Shown one piece after another: positions 25,301 through 30,057 of a DNA stretch of 32,000 nt (positions are counted from its first letter, which is position 1; every line of letters starts with the position of its first letter). The notes under the pieces are model-generated. The model searched no databases, was not told where the DNA came from, and saw nothing but the letters and a program-made list of their open reading frames with translations. A program made the translations under genes and the position numbers. Source of the DNA: Propionibacteriaceae bacterium (GTDB lineage: Bacteria; Actinomycetota; Actinomycetes; Propionibacteriales; Propionibacteriaceae); the NCBI GenBank assembly GCA_031256725.1, contig JAIRQE010000025.1, positions 60,001-92,000 of the forward strand, in the 5' to 3' direction.

Positions 25301-28001
25301 GGCTGGATCCCAGGAGGTTGGCTCTATATTCACTGTGACAGCCCATCTGCGGGATCGCAATGATAATCCTGCTGCAGGTTCGGTGGTGAACTTCCCGGCC
25401 ATCACAAATCTTGGGTTCTCTCAAGCATCATGTACCTCAGGTGCAGATGGTACATGTACGGTCACAGTGACCTCGACGAAGGTGAGTACCTATACGGTTG
25501 TAGGCCGTCTAGGAGTCTCGTCACTCAGTAATACTGTGGACGCACAATTCACCCCTGGCTCAGTGTGTATTGCTGATGGTTGTTTGACTCGTGTTGAGGT
25601 GACGATCAATGGTGTGGAAGCCAATGGTGTTGATCGTGATGTGGCGACAGTCTACGTTTATGATGCCTATGACAACCCGATTCCGGCTGCAGTAATATCA
25701 TCCACTCCTGTTCCAGGAGCAGTACTCGGTGTTCAACCGAATATCGCTGCGACTGCGGGAAATGGTACAACCACGATCTGGTATACCTCAACGCAAACAG
25801 GTGACCATAAGGCTGATGTGCGCATTAACGGCACGATTATCCCACCCGGTTCACCGATCACGTTGAGCTATGGCACTGGTGATGGCGATCCTGGAAACTC
25901 CAGCTTCGTTGTGACTCCTGTCAGTCCGCTGGTTGTAGGAACATCCCCAGAGTCAACCTATACGGTGACTGCCACGATCAAGGATTCCACGAAGAATGCA
26001 GTACCTGGTGCTGTGGTGAGTTTCGCGATTGATCCGAACAAGGGACCAGTCCTTTCGGGGCAGTCATGTACCACGGATTCCGCTGGTGTCTGTTCGGTGA
26101 CCATCCACTCCACGAAGTCGGGTACCCATTCCTTGACTGCCTCCATCGTGGCGGGTGCCATCAAGGATGCAGCGACAGGCAAACCGGCTGCCTCCATCGC
26201 ATGGAGAGCCGACGATGTTTGCTCTGAAGTAGAAGGCTGCATCCCCGTTGATCCAGATCTGCCACCTGAGTTGCGTACACGCATTGAGGTGACCCAGAAC
26301 AACAGGGTGGCTGATGGCGCAGAGCGCGACATTGTGACCGTCTACGGTTTTGACCAGTACGGCAACCCCGTCGTGGGTGGACTCGTGACATCAACCACAC
26401 GTGACCCAGACCTGCGCATCCAGTCCGGTATATCCGCCTTGGATCATGATGGGAAGTCAACGATTTGGTACACCTCTACGGTGGCGGGCGACCACATAGC
26501 TGAAGTCTTCGTAGATGACGTAGTACCCAAGGATGCTCCGGCAACCTTGAGCTTCATCCCTGGCGGTGTCTGCATTATTGAGGCTGGGTGCGTACCTGTT
26601 GGTCCAGGTACTAAGCCTGAGAATCAAACCCGTGTTGAGGTGAGTCTGGATAAGTCTCCTGTTGGCCTGAACAATGAGGTGACTGCTTATGCTTTCGATA
26701 AGTACGGCAACCCAGTCCAGGGTGTGGACTTCGATTTCGTGAAATCTGTGGCCACGGATGACTTGGTGATTGATGCCAGATGTACCACGGGTACTGGTGG
26801 AACATGTGTGGCCAAGGCAACCTCATTCGTCGCTGGACCCCATGATGCCCTAGCTTCAGTGAAGGGCACCAATCTCGAAGACCATGGCTCGCCTATGACA
26901 CTCACCTTCATTCCTGGTGAGATCTGTATCACCGAGGATGGGTGTGTACCTGATGGGCCAGCAAAGACTGATCCTTCACTGCATACTCGCGCCGAGGTAC
27001 TAGAAAACTATAGTCAGTTGACTGTGGTCGGACAGTCCCCAGAAAAACACCATCTCAATAATGTTGGTGTCTATGCCTTCGATAAATATGGCAACCCTGT
27101 CGGTGGTGAAGACTTCGAGTTGTCCACCAAGCAGAAGACCGTATTCTTCCCTGATGGGAAGCCTGATACGACTATCACCTCCAGTCATAGTGCTGATCCA
27201 GATATTGTGACAGCGTACTCTCATACCCATGAAGAGAATCTTGTCAATGTTGCGGTGAAGGGCGTGGATCTTCCACAGTTGACACTGTGGTACCTGGCTC
27301 CGCCTACGATCACAGTGCCATCGCAGGGTGCTTTGCTGAATGATCGACCTGTCACAGTCAGTGGTACAGCCACTGATGTTGGTAAGACGGTCTACGTGAA
27401 GGATGCTGACGGTGAGATTCTGTGTCAGGCCGATATTCGCTCTGGTGGTGCCTGGTCATGCGCGATCAGCTTCGGTGAGGGTACGCACACGATCCTCGCA
27501 TTCAAGGATTCCCCTGATGGTCAGAAGTACTCTGAGGACTCGGATCCGGTGACCTTCACTGTGGATACAGTGCCACCAAATCCACCAAAGATCACTGGCC
27601 CCACAGGGGAGAAGCCGATCAATAATCCACGGCCACCGATCACGGGTACAGGTGAGGAACCTGGGAATTCCATCACGGTGACCGATGAGAACGGCAATGT
27701 CCTGTGTGAGGCTACGGTTCTTGAGGATCTAACGTGGAGTTGTACCCCCACAACGATCCTTCCTGATGGTGAGCACACTGTGTCAGCGACCGAAACTGAT
27801 AAGGCAGGCAATGTCTCTCAGAAGTCTGACCCTGTGGTTATCGTCATCAATACGAAGATCCCCAAGCCCATTGTGGTACCAACTGGCGGTACATCACTGC
27901 CCCAAGTGATGTTCCCCCTAGGGATGATCCTAGCCGCCACGATGGTTCTGGTCGGACTCTGGGTATACCCCAAGAGACGACATGTCCAACGGGAGAGGTA
28001 G
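16338..28001 (+). CDS. Giant (3,887 aa) secreted, probably wall-anchored adhesin with a beta-helix-like head and an Ig-like (Big_1/invasin-type) domain array.
   Basis: The ORF is uninterrupted, and AAAGAGG lies 4 nt upstream of the ATG. The signal peptide is ...RRFLAVIAALGMMLGSIILSTPAVHA|AP. The N-terminal ~550 aa contain repeated rung-like segments (VTGTDSKVSLKN, VTEGAHLAIEAR, VTGGAVVTVHAA, VDGEGSKLNIQS, VTDGGLIRVENQ, VRDGGVFVARGN) and an opening that resembles pectate-lyase-like adhesive domains. Many ~90-100-aa Ig-like modules follow, with Big_1-like signatures (A[DN]G..., YAFDxYGNPV). Two TDKAGN-type modules come next. The C-terminus is VVPTGG, then a hydrophobic helix, then KRRHVQRER. 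Confidence 0.95.
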   Translation: MPLSKSAYPAQSQYGRRFLAVIAALGMMLGSIILSTPAVHAAPGDEVVTTWDQLRAAISNPAVTTIYLGSNIQRVGTATSTDLPAVNRTLTIDGQSKTLDFRAGGTTTVNRRGFELSGAGNLTVTNLNLYYPNTTAFIAGDGQTVSLHSVMPVIPPNAGLAILPTGTVNLSGRITWESESTSTVVNASKINVTGTDSKVSLKNHPSSFGTSDDSPTIVCNQGASNIVSVTEGAHLAIEARTSGDTQTVYMNRGAADVMKFVADGVGTNLDIRGYMNGTGPDGGIVTMVGRSGGFQVTGGAVVTVHAALRDGVNSASNGMPAVVQQIPGGLFLVDGEGSKLNIQSDGAGNDLAGAVRIRSVGDQVLQVSNLGELNVLRTLRQSGGHTPSAIRFGTGVNNTLKVTDGGLIRVENQGTGTIATQGRAGNNGGIEYAANGFTFDVSGSKVNSTGQKIPSTIEVIAAGGPAVAARGMDNGSISVRDGGVFVARGNVNSDSEGIFSAGRNFTFTTDSPLYYDFANTNIRTGALVFSIEANGASYTSHDTDIAVWGNGTSRVGGSANTTNSSFNSIADDPYRSWTLVDFTLSGANFGTLGAANDPTLDNTVSSFGSRGMVPYHRVSGNNAAPIIRGLTEPTNADLYVRAWGTVPEGLDFYGRPIWTNEVFARFQITHPDGLIGTSVYGQISSVEDESLYTVEQNVKRMDGTVRYTNGKLLVPGTTYQVVQAWRGGVDNPMSDKIHMSEPDGILTNPVTVTDVLPPVPAVITAPAELLIGDDNRITGTWLTQDKQAAKEPHNPDPAVAISAVTSTGAVLAEGTLNPDGTWLVDIPESVTTGLSSGDKVYLVLKDGQGNANPLVSTPIHDTTKPEAPSITAVLAKIIAEDFTITAYNATAMMNAGDRDARLISLAKAQGRLNDSNPLSATDVEVVSVAIPNPVVPGIYEVKFHVKGAPTTPNYYKTILATVTEDVFSVEKSTFTVTPVVTTTNDSNWKVANGTDTYTGTLTAKDTDGNPMANLTGIQFEASSGEVVVSTIKNEGNGIYTVTFSTSKADPGYTAKVTVLGTQVGANEPIPFKVGELSQSKSTFEVTPAVDPNDSSKKDWVLVSEGAHYYTGTLTAKDEAGNALKNLALTDIMFSASSDKVALTSVVNNGDGTYTVQYSSKVANPSVKAALSYKGTQIGATKPIPFKAGQAVVDPCDDPSKPSTGLIADPTSLPVGEVSDLTVLVVDKFCNPVEGEQVTITIAPDSPAVLLGGSGTTDSEGKLYATLTDTKSEDVLVTAKIAAGTVPQPTIVTFREGGFSHQKSTFEVTPVVDPMDPDKKDWVVVSEGVHYYTGTIRAFDSKGNSLKDLDVADFSFTPSSTDVSVTSVVNNKDGTYSVQFSSKVADASFTATGSYGGDQVGTATPIPFKAGTPTPECTDPNLGSRLSADPTSLKVNEVSTLTAVVRDQFCNLVVGHEVTFTVDQSTSTTASLSSATAITNDQGIAEVTVTDSTSGQVMVSSKINNDTDEILDSPQTITFEVDSVDANKSTVTVNPTTQTAGQNVVITTEVRDGSNNRIPGLTVDQFVVIGTSDGLPDMRIPASSFTETSPGVYTFTGTSEKVGVFTVQATVAGVVLDDKPTVTFTAGGVAAATSSFVMVDNNALADGSAQNSAKAIARDVYGNPVPDAVVVMEDKSTGDVAGFLAPAKFEGKTGADGTVMIYWTSTKRGIFTAEGTIDGLRPTTGVLNQITFTLGAASAQNSEMVVTPASPITVGNSYTVTATVRDANGLLLDGERVEFALNPGSSALLTENYCVTNALGRCTVGVTSKLVTSVEIHGSVTEAGGLKEIAGNGDLAKASPQTVAFTHGVVCLPPDVCEPVDPTHVSRVEVMTPGVEANGKDANVALAYAYDKYGNPVPGVSIASTSTVAELDTTLVHAATQDDGIAKIEYRSTLAGGHDAGVTLDGRVPAQAISYGMPPRDDGQITLNFGSGTAVAANSTLAISPTTSQVVGSTFTVTATLRDATMNPVEGTTITFPAIDDLGFSPQASCVSGKDGTCQVAVTSTVAKTYEIIGMIGNDEVSNRVSAEFTPDVICTEPTCLTRVEVTTNGQKADGSSRNIATVYAFDRFDNPIRGLPVTSAPTKGTTGLTVQPSPAVTDANGMSTIWYTATATGTYDADVTVDGVTPQGSPVTLFFSVGKGKATTSEWDISPAGPLVVGQGTESTYTATATVRDEDRILVPGEVVTFAADPDGPVIEPKLSCMTDTMGTCSVTIYSTKAGTYSITARITDGSLVNVATGDAALSRAWTADKVCSQAENCQPEDPNLDEELRTRIVVKTNGVVADGVSRNEIVAWGFDKWGNPVVGARVESTSADKGLTIMTGIKPLGLDGSSTIWYTSTTAKDYAVDVKIDDHVPVDSPATLTFIPGEISNENSSFTVYQTDDSQTTVVADGVESWTGELYAVDASQNPIPNLSQAQINGLVWGVTPTGLVTISAVENIGEGYYTVKYTTTKAGTYTASLSNAKGAIGGDETIEFVTGRVSDQNSSITVNPSTQIAGSPVTITIVAKDAHNNPVADLTADDIQIIGESVAPLGLTTFELLSGPQTTEDGVYVYTATSKKIGDFEVSGVVGGTLLTQKPTVTFTAGGVCVERCEETDPLLQTRFEMVANNQLANGTSKDSARAYAFDTYGNAVAQASVHVEDKTTTPILVGKLTPPTHTVSTGTDGTVLVEWTSTVAGVYIAEGTIDNLRPLTGVMSSIVFTGGEVDAAKSEIVVTPNSPIVVGNQYTVAATVRGTSGAVLENEMVSFSLNPTTPASLSSVSCMTDAHGTCSITVRSEKVATVKLRAMVSEDGRLTDVGGNGDSAKASPKSLEFIAGSVCIGDECLDPDNYTRAEVVIDGLLANGTAADVVQVWAYDQYGNPVSGVDVTSTTVDKDLIILDPIPVTDSQGVTLVEYRSMVLGAHVAKVLVNGQGIPARSMDGTVTSDGTLTVNFASLQADPAKSFLTIDPAGSQEVGSIFTVTAHLRDRNDNPAAGSVVNFPAITNLGFSQASCTSGADGTCTVTVTSTKVSTYTVVGRLGVSSLSNTVDAQFTPGSVCIADGCLTRVEVTINGVEANGVDRDVATVYVYDAYDNPIPAAVISSTPVPGAVLGVQPNIAATAGNGTTTIWYTSTQTGDHKADVRINGTIIPPGSPITLSYGTGDGDPGNSSFVVTPVSPLVVGTSPESTYTVTATIKDSTKNAVPGAVVSFAIDPNKGPVLSGQSCTTDSAGVCSVTIHSTKSGTHSLTASIVAGAIKDAATGKPAASIAWRADDVCSEVEGCIPVDPDLPPELRTRIEVTQNNRVADGAERDIVTVYGFDQYGNPVVGGLVTSTTRDPDLRIQSGISALDHDGKSTIWYTSTVAGDHIAEVFVDDVVPKDAPATLSFIPGGVCIIEAGCVPVGPGTKPENQTRVEVSLDKSPVGLNNEVTAYAFDKYGNPVQGVDFDFVKSVATDDLVIDARCTTGTGGTCVAKATSFVAGPHDALASVKGTNLEDHGSPMTLTFIPGEICITEDGCVPDGPAKTDPSLHTRAEVLENYSQLTVVGQSPEKHHLNNVGVYAFDKYGNPVGGEDFELSTKQKTVFFPDGKPDTTITSSHSADPDIVTAYSHTHEENLVNVAVKGVDLPQLTLWYLAPPTITVPSQGALLNDRPVTVSGTATDVGKTVYVKDADGEILCQADIRSGGAWSCAISFGEGTHTILAFKDSPDGQKYSEDSDPVTFTVDTVPPNPPKITGPTGEKPINNPRPPITGTGEEPGNSITVTDENGNVLCEATVLEDLTWSCTPTTILPDGEHTVSATETDKAGNVSQKSDPVVIVINTKIPKPIVVPTGGTSLPQVMFPLGMILAATMVLVGLWVYPKRRHVQRER

Positions 28002-28023
28002 TACCTTCTCTCCCTAAAAGACC

Positions 28024-28053
28024 AAAACCGCTCCCAGAAATGGGGGCGGTTTT
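28024..28053 (+). terminator. Rho-independent terminator of the adhesin gene.
   Basis: The sequence is AAAACCGCTCCC-agaaat-GGGGGCGGTTTT. The stem is 8 bp with one G-U pair, it is flanked by A4 and T4, and it starts 23 nt after the stop. Confidence 0.8.
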
Positions 28054-28056
28054 GGC

Positions 28057-28098
28057 ATACCCCGTCATCCAGCACTCATACCCCGTCATCCAGCACTC
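28057..28098. repeat. Perfect tandem duplication of a 21-bp unit, ATACCCCGTCATCCAGCACTC x2.
   Basis: Units 28057-28077 and 28078-28098 are identical. A third partial core, CCGTCATCC, lies at 28114-28122 and runs into the hairpin ATCCTGCG-cgcggt-CGCAGGAT (28119-28140). Confidence 0.85.
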
Positions 28099-28298
28099 AT
28101 GGGTTTCCCCTGTCCGTCATCCTGCGCGCGGTCGCAGGATCAAAGTCCAATGGTTTCGTACACAATGTTGCAAAAGTCACTGAATCTTCACCCTGATTGT
28201 CACGCTTGTGACGTTGTACCACGATTTCGGCGCTGTGGGACGTCCGAAGTTCACAACTTCAGTACAAAGCAGGGTTAATCCGCTAATGTCATGAAAAC

Positions 28299-28327
28299 GT
28301 GCCAAAAACCTACCAGCCCCATAAGAT
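28299..28327 (+). promoter_or_regulatory. Candidate ychF promoter, GTGCCA-N17-TAAGAT, implying a leaderless or near-leaderless mRNA.
   Basis: The -10-like TAAGAT ends 6 nt before the GTG start. There is no Shine-Dalgarno sequence in the intervening TCTCTT. Confidence 0.3.
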
Positions 28328-28333
28328 TCTCTT

Positions 28334-29404
28334 GTGGCTTTAACTATCGGAATCGTCGGACTCCCAAACTCGGGGAAGTCCACCATGTTCAATGCGCTCA
28401 CGCGTAACAATGTTCTTGCAGCGAAGTATCGCTTTGCAACCATTGAGGCAAATACCGGAATCGTCGGTGTACCCGATCCTCGTTTGAAGGTACTGGCGGA
28501 AATGCATAACGCGGAAAAGATCATCCCCGCAACCGTGAGCTTCGTCGACATCGCCGGCATCGTCAAGGGTGCTTCCCGGGGTGAAGGAATGGGAAATGCC
28601 TTCCTGGCGAGCATCCGTGAAGCCGACGCGATCTGTCAGGTGACAAGGGTTTTTGCCGATGACGATGTGACCGCTATGGAGGGTGAGGTCAATCCCCTCT
28701 CCGACATTGACACAATCACCACAGAGCTAATTTTGGCCGACCTCCAGACCATCGAGAAGGCAATGCCTCGGCTCGAAAAGGACCTGCGCATCAAGAAGGA
28801 ACCCCAGTCCAAGATGGATGCCTGGCAGGAGGCATTGGACGTACTCAATGACGGAAGGACCGTCTTTGCCGCAGGGCTGGACCCTGAACCCCTGCGCGAT
28901 CTATGGCTGCTCACCGCGAAACCCTTCATCTATGTTTTCAACTGCGACCAGGATTCCCTGGCCGATGAGGAGATGCTCGCCAAAATCAGGGACTTCATTG
29001 CCCCAGCTGAACCCATCTTCCTGGATGCCAAGTTTGAATCCGAAGTGGTCTCCATGGATGAGGATGAGGCCAGAGAATTCCTCGCCGAAATGGGTGTTGA
29101 AGAGCCCGGCCTGGACCAGTTGGCCCGGGTTGGCTATGCCACCTTGGGTCTGCAATCCTTCCTCACCGCCGGCCCCAAAGAGGTACGCGCGTGGACGATT
29201 CGCCAAGGATGGACAGCCCCCTTGGCCGCCGGTGTCATCCATACCGACTTCCAAAAGAAGTTCATCAAGGCCGAAGTAGTCACCTACGAAGACCTCATCG
29301 AATTGGGCTCAATGGCGGCAGCCCGTACCGCTGGAAAAGCCCGAATAGAAGGCAAAGAGTACGTCATGCAGCCCTCAGACGTCGTCGAATTCAGACATGG
29401 GTGA
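28334..29404 (+). CDS. ychF: Redox-regulated ribosome-associated ATPase YchF.
   Basis: The N-terminus is (M)ALTIGIVGLPNSGKSTMFNALT with a P-loop. The protein is collinear with YchF/OLA1 over its full length, including the C-terminal TGS-like end ...EGKEYVMQPSDVVEFRHG. The start codon is GTG. Confidence 0.95.
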   Translation: MALTIGIVGLPNSGKSTMFNALTRNNVLAAKYRFATIEANTGIVGVPDPRLKVLAEMHNAEKIIPATVSFVDIAGIVKGASRGEGMGNAFLASIREADAICQVTRVFADDDVTAMEGEVNPLSDIDTITTELILADLQTIEKAMPRLEKDLRIKKEPQSKMDAWQEALDVLNDGRTVFAAGLDPEPLRDLWLLTAKPFIYVFNCDQDSLADEEMLAKIRDFIAPAEPIFLDAKFESEVVSMDEDEAREFLAEMGVEEPGLDQLARVGYATLGLQSFLTAGPKEVRAWTIRQGWTAPLAAGVIHTDFQKKFIKAEVVTYEDLIELGSMAAARTAGKARIEGKEYVMQPSDVVEFRHG

Positions 29405-29470
29405 GTGTCCCTCTGACGTGAATGTGAAAACACAACGACTTGAAGCAAACTAGAAGGGGCCGGTTCTCAC

Positions 29471-30028
29471 ATGGCACATATTCATACTGAACCAGGGCAG
29501 TACGACCTTACGGTGAGTGCGTTTATTGTATGTACTGATCCCGAACCTAGGCTGCTCCTGCATCGACATAAGGTCCTCGGTGTACTCATGCAGCCCGGTG
29601 GGCATGTCGAACTCCACGAAAACCCGTGGGAGGCGATCACCCATGAGATCTTGGAGGAGGCTGGGTACGACATCGACCAACTCAGTGTTCTGCAACCGAG
29701 GTTGAGAATGACGATCACACCTGAGACGGGAGCACTTCCTCAACCCATGACCGTACGCTGTTTCCGTTTTGGTGACGAGGAGCATTTTCACACTGATCTG
29801 ACCTATGCCTTTGTGACGACCGAGATGCCACGACATGGTGTGGGAGAGGGGGAGTCCGCAGATCTCATGTGGGTAACTTCTGATGAGTTAGCCCAGATTC
29901 ACACCTATGACGATGTACGAGAGGTGGGGCTGTTCGTCCTTGATTACCTGGTGTCGGAATGGGAAGCAGTACCTCTGCACCCAACCCATACTCAGATCAA
30001 GAGTCTTCCTGAGTCAACAGCAGAGTAG
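29471..30028 (+). CDS. NUDIX hydrolase.
   Basis: The Nudix box GHVELHENPWEAITHEILEEAGY fits Gx5Ex7REUxEExGU, with His in place of the Arg. GAAGGGG lies upstream of the ATG. Confidence 0.8.
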   Translation: MAHIHTEPGQYDLTVSAFIVCTDPEPRLLLHRHKVLGVLMQPGGHVELHENPWEAITHEILEEAGYDIDQLSVLQPRLRMTITPETGALPQPMTVRCFRFGDEEHFHTDLTYAFVTTEMPRHGVGEGESADLMWVTSDELAQIHTYDDVREVGLFVLDYLVSEWEAVPLHPTHTQIKSLPESTAE

Positions 30029-30057
30029 CGTGCCAAGATACGTCCCCTGATACGCGG

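Noticed and set aside
16437-28089. About 40 short ORFs (60-168 aa) on both strands inside or overlapping the giant adhesin gene, for example 17454..17960 (-) and 18713..19126 (-).
   Set aside because: All of them are nested within one 11.7-kb ORF whose translation has coherent signal-peptide, domain and anchor structure. Their own translations are low-complexity or Arg/His/Pro-rich junk with no recognisable motifs.
28057-28140. Whether the 21-bp repeats could be a tiny CRISPR array.
   Set aside because: The units abut directly with no spacers, there are only two full copies, and there are no cas genes. This is a tandem duplication, not a CRISPR array.
28177-28614. A 145-aa minus-strand ORF that overlaps the ychF start and upstream region.
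   Set aside because: It is antisense to the P-loop region of an unmistakable ychF, and the product is not recognisable.
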